Below, in pieces: positions 9,056-17,483 of a stretch of 64,000 nucleotides of DNA (positions are counted from its first letter, which is position 1; every line of letters begins with the position of its first letter). The notes under the pieces were generated by a model that searched no databases, was not told the DNA's origin, and saw nothing but the letters and a program-made list of their open reading frames with translations. The position numbers were made by a program, and so were the translations under genes. Origin of the DNA: a virus; IMG/VR virus record IMGVR_UViG_2582581241_000004; one strand, written 5' to 3'.

Positions 9056-9826
9056 TCAGTGGTCGCGTTCGGCTGACCAAAGATCCATGATGGAAGACGC
9101 GAAGCCGGTCGGAATCAGAATTTTCCGAGGAATCCCGGAGAACTCGATCTCCCCTGCGATACCTGGAGACGCATTGATGGATGTAATCTGCCTTGTGACG
9201 GCCCGAACCTTTTCGAGAAGCCGGTCGAAGTTCTTCTGACGCCCGTCGCGGGCCGCCGTCATGTCGGCGAGGTCGAATTCCAGACGCTCGATCTCGGCGT
9301 CCTTCTTCGCAAGCACCTGCTCGAGCGCCTTCGATATGACCTTCCGGAGTGTATAGCCCTGCGCGGTGTCGTGGAGTTCGACCTTCAGCTTCGAGATCTC
9401 GGTGTCCTTCGCATTGAGATCGCGCTTCAGATCGGCGATCTCCCGGTCGCGAGCCGCGATATTCCTCACCAGATTTGCACGCTCGAGGGATTTCTCGTCG
9501 AGCCGCGCTCCGAGATTCCGATTATTCTCCTCCAGCTCCGCGATCCTCGCGACGACGCCTTCGCCGACCTCGAGGATATCCGCCTCCGATTTGACGGTGG
9601 GGCTGCCAGACACGGCGCTTACTATTACCCTGGGATCGGCATAGTGCTCGTCGTCGATCCAGTTGATCGACGCAGCCGAGCCGTCGTGCGTCTCGCTTCC
9701 TTGGATCTGCAATCCCGGCGCGATCTCCTCGACCGGCACGCCGATGCTGTGCGCGAGATGCGCGGCTACGAAGGAAACGTATTTCTTCGCCGTGAATGCC
9801 GGGTTTTCCTTGATGTCGATGCTCAT
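9056..9826 (-). CDS. coiled-coil phage protein
   Basis: start MSIDIKE with GGAAGGA RBS; heptad repeats. Confidence 0.65.
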   Translation of the reverse strand: MSIDIKENPAFTAKKYVSFVAAHLAHSIGVPVEEIAPGLQIQGSETHDGSAASINWIDDEHYADPRVIVSAVSGSPTVKSEADILEVGEGVVARIAELEENNRNLGARLDEKSLERANLVRNIAARDREIADLKRDLNAKDTEISKLKVELHDTAQGYTLRKVISKALEQVLAKKDAEIERLEFDLADMTAARDGRQKNFDRLLEKVRAVTRQITSINASPGIAGEIEFSGIPRKILIPTGFASSIMDLWSAERDH

Positions 9827-9885
9827 CGAGCTTTCCTTCCGAACGCGAGTTAATCGGGACGCGCAACAAACCATTCGGATTGAGA

Positions 9886-9913
9886 GGTGAATCGAGAGCG
9901 ATTCGCCGTCAAG
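9886..9913 (-). promoter_or_regulatory. recurrent 28-bp promoter-like motif, copy 4
   Basis: CTTGAC-GGCGAATC-GCTCTCGA-TTCACC, two GANTC sites. Confidence 0.7.
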
Positions 9914-10208
9914 CCGCCTTGCTCTCGGGATTCCCGACGCCTCTCGCCGGCGCGCCTTCCCTTTGCAGTTCGCGCAGCAGCGAGAACATCCAGGAATCGA
10001 TCTCCGTCCATCCATGCTGGATTTCACGGTTCATTATCGTCGTCAGATCGTCGGCGAACTCATGCTCGCGCCCGGCCTCGAATTCGAGGATCTTCCGGCC
10101 TTCCTGGTCCTTCCAGATCTCTCGGAACCGCGAAAGCGGCACGATGATCGCCAGCGCCTGCTCATCCGTGTCGCCGGCATAGTCGATGATTTCGGCTTTG
10201 ATGCTCAT
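9909..10208 (-). CDS. hypothetical protein
   Basis: 99-aa ORF in operon order. Confidence 0.6.
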   Translation of the reverse strand: MSIKAEIIDYAGDTDEQALAIIVPLSRFREIWKDQEGRKILEFEAGREHEFADDLTTIMNREIQHGWTEIDSWMFSLLRELQREGAPARGVGNPESKAA

Positions 10209-10220
10209 GTCTTTGGCCCT

Positions 10221-10445
10221 TCAGTGCTTGACGCCCGGCGCCGGCTTCGCAGCGAATCCGCGACTTCCGTATTCCAACCCGACTTCGAGTGCGCCGAGCA
10301 CCAGCGTGTCCAGTCCGCCGCGCAGGGCATCATGGATGACGCGCATTTCGTCGTCCGTCACCGGCCGGTTGAATGCGACATGCAGCGTGCGATCATTTTC
10401 AGGATCCCGCGACACCCCGACCGCTTTGAGTCTCTCGTTGTCCAT
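10221..10445 (-). CDS. small hypothetical protein
   Basis: MDNERL start with GGAAG RBS. Confidence 0.55.
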   Translation of the reverse strand: MDNERLKAVGVSRDPENDRTLHVAFNRPVTDDEMRVIHDALRGGLDTLVLGALEVGLEYGSRGFAAKPAPGVKH

Positions 10446-10495
10446 TTCGCTTCCTTTCTTCTTCTCCCGGTCGTCCTCACGACATCGGGAATTCC

Positions 10496-10843
10496 TCACA
10501 TCTTCAACGTCGGCGATTCCTCGCCTTCGTCTGTCATCGCCATCCGCTGCAAAGCATGCGGCGTCCCGAGCCGATACCAGCGGCTCACCGTCCTCGCGAT
10601 CCCGGCCTCCGGATCGAGCCAGAGCACGATGCTGGTGCGCGTCAGCCGGCCTTCGCGAATCCGTGGATGGCCGCTGACCACGCCGTAAAGCGAATGGGTG
10701 CCGTCTTCCGCAGGATCGCTGACGAGCAGCCAGTCGTCGATGAAGACGGCCTCCGCCAGCGCGGACTCGCCGGGACGCCAGCCGCTGCGAAGACGCTCGA
10801 CGACATCGAGGGCGTTGGCAATGCGTTCGTTAGGGTCGATCAT
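10496..10843 (-). CDS. DUF6634-like protein
   Basis: LYGVVSGHPRI..G..TRTS.V..LD....IARTVSRWYRLG motif. Confidence 0.7.
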   Translation of the reverse strand: MIDPNERIANALDVVERLRSGWRPGESALAEAVFIDDWLLVSDPAEDGTHSLYGVVSGHPRIREGRLTRTSIVLWLDPEAGIARTVSRWYRLGTPHALQRMAMTDEGEESPTLKM

Positions 10844-10844
10844 T

Positions 10845-11150
10845 TCAGACCGCCTCCGCTTCGTGGACGCTGCCGGGGCGCGAAGCGAATCCGATGGCAA
10901 TCATGCGAGCCGCCTCGATATCGCCCGCTGTCACGCGCTCCGCCGTCTCGAGCCAGTCCTGCACTTCGCCGTCGTAATCGACGAAATCGCCACGCGACAC
11001 ATGCACGGACAACAGCGCGGTTCCGTCGGCGTCGTAGCGAAATCGGTAGCAGCACTCCACGCGCTCGCCGGAGATCGTGGCGTATGTTCTCGATTGCATG
11101 AATGCGTATTCGTCGGTTTCGATTTCGCGGATGTGGATTATCTCGGTCAT
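10845..11150 (-). CDS. hypothetical protein
   Basis: 101-aa ORF in operon order. Confidence 0.55.
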   Translation of the reverse strand: MTEIIHIREIETDEYAFMQSRTYATISGERVECCYRFRYDADGTALLSVHVSRGDFVDYDGEVQDWLETAERVTAGDIEAARMIAIGFASRPGSVHEAEAV

Positions 11151-11170
11151 CTTTGTTTACCCTTTGTTCG

Positions 11171-11497
11171 TTAGTGCGTTTCGATCTTCTCGATGATCTC
11201 GCACGCCGTCTTCATTCGATCGTAGTCGCTGGCTTCGATGACGACCGGAGGCCGCCTGGACGCCGTAGGATCTGGAGTCTCCCAAAGAAATCCCGGCGTC
11301 GAATAGCGCAGCGCGTTCTTCGCGCATTCGATATCGCGATAGATCTTCGCCAACCGGTCGCACGCGGCATCCACGGCGCCGATCGGATCTTTTTCGATAT
11401 CGCGGCGACGATCCGACGCGGATTGCATCAGGCGATCGAAGCGAGCCTGGGCCTCGCGAGCCCGACGGCCGAAATCGTGTTGGATGACTTCTCCCAT
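11171..11497 (-). CDS. hypothetical protein
   Basis: MGEVIQHDFG start with GAGGAAGG RBS. Confidence 0.55.
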   Translation of the reverse strand: MGEVIQHDFGRRAREAQARFDRLMQSASDRRRDIEKDPIGAVDAACDRLAKIYRDIECAKNALRYSTPGFLWETPDPTASRRPPVVIEASDYDRMKTACEIIEKIETH

Positions 11498-11516
11498 CGT
11501 CGCTATCCCTTCCTCG

Positions 11517-11819
11517 TCAATGCGCCTGATCGATGATTTCGAGATCGTGGAACGAGCCGCTCTCGACAATTTCGTCGGCGCGTTCCTTCGCTGCCTCACG
11601 GGACGTCCAAACGTCCGGAGCCCAGTAGATCCAGAACGCCAGATCCGAATCGACGCCCTGCCATTCTCGGCCACTCCAATGCACGGCCAGCGTCAGCGTC
11701 TCGCCATCGTCGCCGCTCTCGTCAGCGGCGGTGATGAACGCGGGATACCAGCCAGGCGCGAATGTCGCCGGAGGAATGTCGATCGACAGGAGCTTCAGGT
11801 CTTCAGGAATGAGTGTCAT
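11517..11819 (-). CDS. hypothetical protein
   Basis: MTLIPEDL start with GGAGG RBS. Confidence 0.55.
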   Translation of the reverse strand: MTLIPEDLKLLSIDIPPATFAPGWYPAFITAADESGDDGETLTLAVHWSGREWQGVDSDLAFWIYWAPDVWTSREAAKERADEIVESGSFHDLEIIDQAH

Positions 11820-12339
11820 CGCACCGTCCCTCCATTGCCAGATCATTTGCCATCTCTCGTCCGATATCGGTCATGACGACGCGATATTCGATGAGGCCGA
11901 GCCTTTGGAGATGGTGCAATGCCGGGGTCGGCGCCGGGCAGACCTTCCCTCCAGAGAGCAGATCCCTATTGTGCGTCAGGACTCCGACGCCGCCGTTGGC
12001 TTGAAACCAGCGCAATGCGCGCCGCTGGGGCTCGTCGAGTTTCGCAGCGATCCTTTTCTTGGTCTCTTCGGGACTGAACTTCCGTGGCTTTCTTTCGATG
12101 ATGCCGAATTTATAGAGGATGTAGTAGATCGCATTATCGGCCACTCCCAACTCGACCGCGATATGCCTTACCCTCATTCCCTCCAAATACATCCGCTTGA
12201 CGGCTGCACGGTCGAGATCTTTCCTTTGTCGAAAGGTTGGCTCAATTGACTCATCATCGGCACGCGGACGCGACGGCGCGCCCATCTCCGCCATCATGGC
12301 GGCGGCGAAATCCCTTTCGGCGTTGACGTTTATTCTCAT
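11803..12339 (-). CDS. HTH DNA-binding protein
   Basis: RMYLEGMRVRHIAVELGVADNAIYYIL HTH. Confidence 0.6.
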   Translation of the reverse strand: MRINVNAERDFAAAMMAEMGAPSRPRADDESIEPTFRQRKDLDRAAVKRMYLEGMRVRHIAVELGVADNAIYYILYKFGIIERKPRKFSPEETKKRIAAKLDEPQRRALRWFQANGGVGVLTHNRDLLSGGKVCPAPTPALHHLQRLGLIEYRVVMTDIGREMANDLAMEGRCDDTHS

Positions 12340-12370
12340 CGGATCGATCTCCTGATGTTGTATTCAGGCC

Positions 12371-12919
12371 TCACGCCGTCTCGCCGTTGCGAGCAGCGCG
12401 ATATGCGAATACTGCGCGCATTCCCGCCTCTGTTCCGTCCCAGCGCGGCGCATTGGGATCGCGGCGCAAAATCTCGGTGAAGCCGACACGCCGCATCCAC
12501 TCCTCCATGGTCTCTTTCGGCGGCGACGGCGGGACCGGCTGGAGATCGCGATACCGATAGGGAATCGGCTTTTCTTTCGTCGACGGCGGCGGATCGAACG
12601 AGGTCAGCGCGGGATCCTTCTCCGGACGGTTCTCCGGTCTCGCCCAGTCCGGGATCACCATCGGCTTCGTCCTGGGCGCGAACAGCTTCTCGAGGTATTC
12701 CGGGTATCTTCCCTGGTAGTCCTCCGGATTCGGACCCCTGTCCTCATCGACAGCCACCGGCGCCACGGCCACGGGTTCCGCAACGATCGCCGGCCCCGGC
12801 TTTTGAATTATCCTGCGCCGGAACACGAACTTTTTCGGCTTCGGCTTCGGGGCCTCGGCGGCCTCGATTTCGTCGAGCATCGCGACCAGGCCATCGACGA
12901 ATTCGGAGCGGTTTTCCAT
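12371..12919 (-). CDS. proline-rich hypothetical protein
   Basis: 182-aa ORF with AAAGGAA RBS, immediately downstream of the 20-bp repeat array. Confidence 0.6.
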   Translation of the reverse strand: MENRSEFVDGLVAMLDEIEAAEAPKPKPKKFVFRRRIIQKPGPAIVAEPVAVAPVAVDEDRGPNPEDYQGRYPEYLEKLFAPRTKPMVIPDWARPENRPEKDPALTSFDPPPSTKEKPIPYRYRDLQPVPPSPPKETMEEWMRRVGFTEILRRDPNAPRWDGTEAGMRAVFAYRAARNGETA

Positions 12920-12930
12920 AATTTGTTCCT

Positions 12931-13050
12931 TTCATGAATGGTTTTTCGCGGATCGTCGATTTCATGAACGTTTTTCGACGGCCATGAATGAATTTCGACG
13001 CCGATGGCGTTTCATGAATGCTTTTTGACGCGCATGAACGCTTTTCGACG
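12931..13050. repeat. five phased 20-bp direct repeats (consensus NNCATGAAYGNTTTTCGACG)
   Basis: copies start at 12931, 12961, 12981, 13011 and 13031; spacings 30/20/30/20. Confidence 0.8.
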
Positions 13051-13299
13051 AGCCCGGATCTTGATCTCCTGGCGCATTTCCAGCGGCCATGTGACGACCG
13101 ACAGCGCGAGTGAGAGTCCGAATCCGACGAGCGTCGCGATCTCGACCACGCGCCGTGACAGCCACGGAATCTGCGCGACGGCTTCATCGACAGTCGCCGA
13201 AATGAATTCGTCGCGATGCGGATCCCGCAGCGCTTCGATGGCGATCGACGACGCGTAGAGTATCCCGATCGCGAGATAGATTTTGACGAGGAGTTCCAT
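13012..13299 (-). CDS. small membrane protein (two TM segments)
   Basis: MELLVKIYLAIGILYASSIAI and LVGFGLSLALSVVTWPL. Confidence 0.55.
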   Translation of the reverse strand: MELLVKIYLAIGILYASSIAIEALRDPHRDEFISATVDEAVAQIPWLSRRVVEIATLVGFGLSLALSVVTWPLEMRQEIKIRARRKAFMRVKKHS

Positions 13300-13368
13300 T
13301 TCGATATCTCCTGACGATGTTTCTCCGGCGGCACGATCGCCGCCGGTGTCTTCCACGATCGTCGTCGA

Positions 13369-13785
13369 TCAGTTGCGCGCCGCGCCGACCGGAATCTCGA
13401 TCTCGTCCGCGGCGGCGGTCTGTTCGGTCCACCACTCGAACTGCCAGGATTCGACCCAGTGCGGCACGATCCGATCGTTGCTGATGTGCAGGACGCGGAG
13501 GTCGAGGCGCTGGCCAAACGTGTTCGAACCAGGCGCGCCGACGAACGCGAATTCCGCCTTGCTCGAATCTTTCGTCTCGATGACGACATGCGGATCCCCG
13601 GCGCCCTTCACATCCGAGTCCTTGCGAGGCGTGACGATGTCGCCGATCCTGAACAGGTTGCCGACGGCATATCGTTCCCCAGCTTCCCGCAGTCTCGCAA
13701 TCGCGGCCTCCGGCAGGATGCTCGGCGACGTGGATTTGTTCGCGCCGGCGAGGTTGCGGAGGAATTCTTCGAATCCGTTTTCCAT
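13369..13785 (-). CDS. hypothetical phage protein
   Basis: MENGFEE start; FRIGDIVTPR KOW-like motif. Confidence 0.6.
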   Translation of the reverse strand: MENGFEEFLRNLAGANKSTSPSILPEAAIARLREAGERYAVGNLFRIGDIVTPRKDSDVKGAGDPHVVIETKDSSKAEFAFVGAPGSNTFGQRLDLRVLHISNDRIVPHWVESWQFEWWTEQTAAADEIEIPVGAARN

Positions 13786-13881
13786 TGCGTTTTCCTTTCG
13801 ATCTTCGATTTCACGGCGGGACATCCGTCCCCTTGGATCACGCCGGCGAGGGAGAGCCCCTGGCGTCGAATGTCCTCGTCA

Positions 13882-14130
13882 TCATGCGGCTTCCTTCTTT
13901 TCGACCGCCGCGAACATTCCCTCGAAATTGCCGATCGGCGCGTATCCGTAGTGCGCGGCCACCCGAATGAATTCGAAGTCGTGGGCATCCGGCGACCTGA
14001 GCGATCGCGTGACGTTGCTGACGCCGATTCTCTTTGCGATCACGGATTTCGAGCCTTTCGGCATCGCCTCGACTTCTGCGAGAATCTTCGCGGCCAGCCT
14101 TCTTTTGGAAATCGTCTTTCCCCACCGCAT
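13882..14130 (-). CDS. small HTH-like protein
   Basis: SKSVIAKRIGVSNVTRSL; GGGAGG RBS. Confidence 0.5.
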   Translation of the reverse strand: MRWGKTISKRRLAAKILAEVEAMPKGSKSVIAKRIGVSNVTRSLRSPDAHDFEFIRVAAHYGYAPIGNFEGMFAAVEKKEAA

Positions 14131-14132
14131 GA

Positions 14133-14882
14133 TCAGTGTCCTCCCCTGGCGCTGTCCGGCACGTAGGCGACCAGCTTGTGGTGCGCGCAGTAGCTGCGCC
14201 CGACGACCGGATGACCGCAGCAGGTCACGCCGAACGGGATGACGACCGCCTCGGGCTCGACAACGGGATCGGGCTCGACGACCGCCGATTCCTTCGCCTG
14301 CGCTTCTTGTTCCGCGACATCGTCGATGATTTCGGCGAACAGCGGCATGGCGCGGGCCTTCCGCTTCGCCTTTTTCTTCGGCGTCTTCGGCGGCGTCGGC
14401 GTCTCGATTGCGTCGTCGATCCACGCGCACTGGACCGACGTCCTCTCGACGAACGGGATCCGCAGCGACGTCGGGGCGTCCATGACGACGGATTTCGGGA
14501 TGGCCTTCTCCGGCGTTGACGACGCCCTGAGACTCCGGTCGAACAAGGGCAGTCCACTGACCATGGCCGCCATCCGCTTCGACTGGACGCGCCTCGCGAT
14601 TCCGGCGTCACGCGGCCCGGCGCCCTTCCCGCGTCTCGGCCTCTGCGGGCACGCTTCCTGACCGAGCGTCAATCGTTTGGCGGACCGCACATCCTGCCCG
14701 AGCCTCACTTCCTGCTTGGGAGGCACCCACGCGACGCCTTTATCGCGAAGCCTCTTCAGCTTTCCGAGCACCGCGCTGCGCGGCATATCCAGCATCCGCC
14801 CCATCGCGCTGTAGGACATGCCGCCAGCGACGACGAGGGACTGGAGCCTCGATTCTCTTTCCATCGTCCACGATATCGTCAT
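14133..14882 (-). CDS. gcrA: GcrA-like cell-cycle regulator
   Basis: N-terminal WTMERESRLQSL...SYSAMGRML..PRSAVLGKLKRL and C-terminal CAW...CG.PV..RSYCAHH..VAY, matching both GcrA domains. Confidence 0.75.
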   Translation of the reverse strand: MTISWTMERESRLQSLVVAGGMSYSAMGRMLDMPRSAVLGKLKRLRDKGVAWVPPKQEVRLGQDVRSAKRLTLGQEACPQRPRRGKGAGPRDAGIARRVQSKRMAAMVSGLPLFDRSLRASSTPEKAIPKSVVMDAPTSLRIPFVERTSVQCAWIDDAIETPTPPKTPKKKAKRKARAMPLFAEIIDDVAEQEAQAKESAVVEPDPVVEPEAVVIPFGVTCCGHPVVGRSYCAHHKLVAYVPDSARGGH

Positions 14883-14893
14883 GACCGATCTCC

Positions 14894-15601
14894 TCACGCA
14901 GCGGTGTAGAGCGAGGCCGACATGCGGCGATGGATGAGACGCGCCTTCTCTACGTCGTCGGCGCAGTAGAGCGCGGCTCGCACGGGATCGGTCGCCCAGA
15001 GCCCCGCGAACTTGCTGCCGTCCAGGCCTTCGTATTTTCCGCCGATGCCAAGAGCTCTGGACAGCTTGTCGAGGCTGACGCGGTCGTGCGTACCGGCCCA
15101 GGCGATCATCGTATCGAACACGTTGTCGTCCCATGCGCGTGGTGCGATCGGAAACCAGCGCGGGATCTTCAATCCGAGAATGACGGCTCTCTGGACGATG
15201 AAGCGAATGTCGAAGTTGACGACGTTGTGCCCGATCACGCGGACGATTGCGTTGCCGTCGAAGAGTTCAAAGAACGATTGCAGCAGCGCTTTTTCGTCGA
15301 ACGGCGACAGTCCCGGCTTCGTGAAGCGCTCGCCGTCCTTCTCGACCTCGCCGTCCGTGGCCGTCCATGTGGTGACCGGATCGTCGCCGATCGCGAATCC
15401 GATGATCGCGAGGCGTCCGAACGCGGCGTCGAGACCGGTTTTCGCGACGGCCTCGGAAGCCTTCTCCGCTTTGTAGTCCGAGATCTTCTGCGGATCCTTG
15501 TAATTGCTCGGCGCCTCGATGCTTTCGAGAATGAAGCGCTTCACCGCTTCGTCGTCCGTCGGCAGGGTTTCAACATCGAGATAGAGATTGTGGATCGTCA
15601 T
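14894..15601 (-). CDS. PolB-type stand-alone 3'-5' exonuclease (DEDDy)
   Basis: Exo I LDVET, Exo II GHNVVNFD, Exo III YCADDV, plus SLDKL...G.K. Confidence 0.85.
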   Translation of the reverse strand: MTIHNLYLDVETLPTDDEAVKRFILESIEAPSNYKDPQKISDYKAEKASEAVAKTGLDAAFGRLAIIGFAIGDDPVTTWTATDGEVEKDGERFTKPGLSPFDEKALLQSFFELFDGNAIVRVIGHNVVNFDIRFIVQRAVILGLKIPRWFPIAPRAWDDNVFDTMIAWAGTHDRVSLDKLSRALGIGGKYEGLDGSKFAGLWATDPVRAALYCADDVEKARLIHRRMSASLYTAA

Positions 15602-15604
15602 CGT

Positions 15605-15868
15605 TCAGTTCCCTTCCCCGACATCGAAGCATTCGATGGCCATTCGCAGCGCCTCGTCGCGCTCGTCTCTCTGATCCCATTCCCGCACGGCTATCCGGAA
15701 CAAGCCCGCACGGACAGGATCCGTCAGCCTGCGCCGCCCGCCCATGACCGCCCGGATCAGGGCATCCGAGACGCCAAGATCACGTGCAAGAGGACGTCGC
15801 CATTCCACTCCGTAGAGCATGGCGCCCAGCGATTTGATTGCTTCGATGTCGGTGTTTCGAGTGTCCAT
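15605..15868 (-). CDS. XRE/Cro-like HTH regulator
   Basis: LYGVEWRRPLARDLGVSDALIRAVMGG; divergent from the 16-kb operon. Confidence 0.7.
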   Translation of the reverse strand: MDTRNTDIEAIKSLGAMLYGVEWRRPLARDLGVSDALIRAVMGGRRRLTDPVRAGLFRIAVREWDQRDERDEALRMAIECFDVGEGN

Positions 15869-15983
15869 GTCCTCATTCCGCGCACAATTTTCAATGTCGT
15901 CAAATTATTTTTTGAAAAATTAACCAAACCTCAAAATGGATGACAAGGTTAGACCCACGTTCTCGCGACGTTCTGAGAACATG

Positions 15984-16030
15984 CCAATGTTGACACCTTG
16001 CGATGATCTTTTTTCATAAAATATGAAAAA
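15984..16030 (+). promoter_or_regulatory. TTGACA-containing motif and adjacent palindrome
   Basis: CCAATGTTGACACCTTG at 15984-16000 (recurs at 19665 and 19742); TTTTTCAT-N5-ATGAAAAA at 16010-16030. Confidence 0.55.
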
Positions 16031-16167
16031 CTAGATTGACGGACATGAGGAGCGAGCTCACATTGATATCAACGAGCGACGGAGTGCCGCCGATCCCTGG
16101 GATCGGAACCATCGGTCGGATGAACGGACGCCCGAAGGGGTGGTGTCTCCAAGGACGGGAGAAAATC

Positions 16168-16458
16168 ATGTCGAAGCTCGAAAAACTCGTCGACCGCGTT
16201 GATAACGCGAAGTCCCTGAAGGCGCTCTGCAAGGCGCTCAACGCCCTCTCGATCGAATGCGACGAGCAGGAAATCACGTTGGACGAAGCGGGAGTCGACC
16301 TCGATTATCTCCCTGCATTCGGCGACTGCGAGGACTTCCACGATCCGAAGCAGTTCATCACTTGGTCCGCGACGGAACTGCTCAACTACGACTGGAATCT
16401 CTCTCCTGGCGAGAAGTTCGCCGTCCTGCCGCGCGAGGATTTCGAACTTCGCGACTGA
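16168..16458 (+). CDS. small acidic hypothetical protein
   Basis: MSKLEK start with GGGAG RBS; Asp/Glu-rich. Confidence 0.7.
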   Translation: MSKLEKLVDRVDNAKSLKALCKALNALSIECDEQEITLDEAGVDLDYLPAFGDCEDFHDPKQFITWSATELLNYDWNLSPGEKFAVLPREDFELRD

Positions 16459-16536
16459 CGCAAGGCCGAAACCTAGGCGGCGCTGGGCGTCGCCGATGGT
16501 CGCCGGGGTGGAGCCCCGCCTGACGAAGGCCGTCAG
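16455..16536 (+). ncRNA. type II hammerhead ribozyme (intergenic)
   Basis: GGCC-GAAA-CC..GG-UC^ then stem I GC(C)GGGG/CCCCGC, CUGACGA(A), GGCC-GUCAG pairing back to CUGAC..GGCC; predicted cleavage after 16501. Confidence 0.75.
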
Positions 16537-16558
16537 AAACCGATCAAGGAGAACCCCG

Positions 16559-17065
16559 ATGAGATATTCCCCAAATCCATATCTCGTTCGTTTCGACGGT
16601 GAACACATCGTTCCGCCGGTAGAGTGGACATCCAAGCAGGCGAAGCGTCTCTATGATGCCGGAGCCGACGGCGAAACCTGCGGCTATGACGGCGACCACC
16701 ACTGGATCAACCACGCCGTCGGCGGCACGATCCGCATCGCGCTGGCTCCGACGCACCGCGCGGCCTCGAAGTTCGGGACGGATCCGAAATGCGCGGAGGC
16801 GCATGCCCGCTGGGAGATCGCCAGAATGCGCGCCGAGGCGGATCGGCTCGAACGCGAACTGAACGCCTATGGCGGCAGCGCTTTCATTGAGAAGCCCTTC
16901 CCCGTTCGGTCGCCGAAGAACGGAGCCGACGCCGAGGAATTCCTGTTCGGCCTGATGAAGTCCAAGGCGACCGACATCTTCGTGAACGGCCATCACTTCA
17001 AGCGCGATCAGGGCAACGTCTTCCACGAAGTCGTGAAATCGAAGGAGATCGCCAAGGCGGCCTGA
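16559..17065 (+). CDS. hypothetical protein
   Basis: AAGGAG RBS just after the hammerhead. Confidence 0.65.
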   Translation: MRYSPNPYLVRFDGEHIVPPVEWTSKQAKRLYDAGADGETCGYDGDHHWINHAVGGTIRIALAPTHRAASKFGTDPKCAEAHARWEIARMRAEADRLERELNAYGGSAFIEKPFPVRSPKNGADAEEFLFGLMKSKATDIFVNGHHFKRDQGNVFHEVVKSKEIAKAA

Positions 17066-17158
17066 AGAACGCGACGACGGAGCCCGCGCCGGACAATCGC
17101 GGGACAGGATTTCCACATCCAACGCGTGGTTGCAACGAGTTCACCAGGGAGAGACACG

Positions 17159-17473
17159 ATGTTCCAACTCATTGTCGCGGTCGTCTCGATCGCACTCGTC
17201 GCCGCCATAGCCGTGGCGACGCTCTACTACGGCGGATCGGCTTTTTCCGCGTCGTCCTCGAAAATCGATGTGATCGCCGAAATGCGGCGCGCCGATGAAG
17301 CCAGGATGGCTGCGGTCCTCGGCGAGCGCGAACGCCCCGCGCCCGTGCTGACGTGCCCGGCGCCGCTGCCGATCATCGAGACATCCGCATTCGCCGTAGT
17401 CGCCGAAACGTTCGCCGCCGGCGTCCTGATCGGATCGGCTGCCGCCGCTTCCATCCTTCGCCGCATCGCCTGA
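17159..17473 (+). CDS. membrane protein with pilin-like N-terminal helix
   Basis: MFQLIVAVVSIALVAAIAVATLYYGGSAF. Confidence 0.55.
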   Translation: MFQLIVAVVSIALVAAIAVATLYYGGSAFSASSSKIDVIAEMRRADEARMAAVLGERERPAPVLTCPAPLPIIETSAFAVVAETFAAGVLIGSAAAASILRRIA

Positions 17474-17483
17474 GGAGATCCAG

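Noticed and set aside
12931-13050. Possible CRISPR array
   Set aside because: Repeats are 20 bp and degenerate, with 0-10 bp gaps rather than unique spacers; no cas genes
16081-16150. Three-way-junction leader containing CGGAUGA
   Set aside because: Folds plausibly but the core deviates from a hammerhead and lacks GAAA and stem I; no known family recognised
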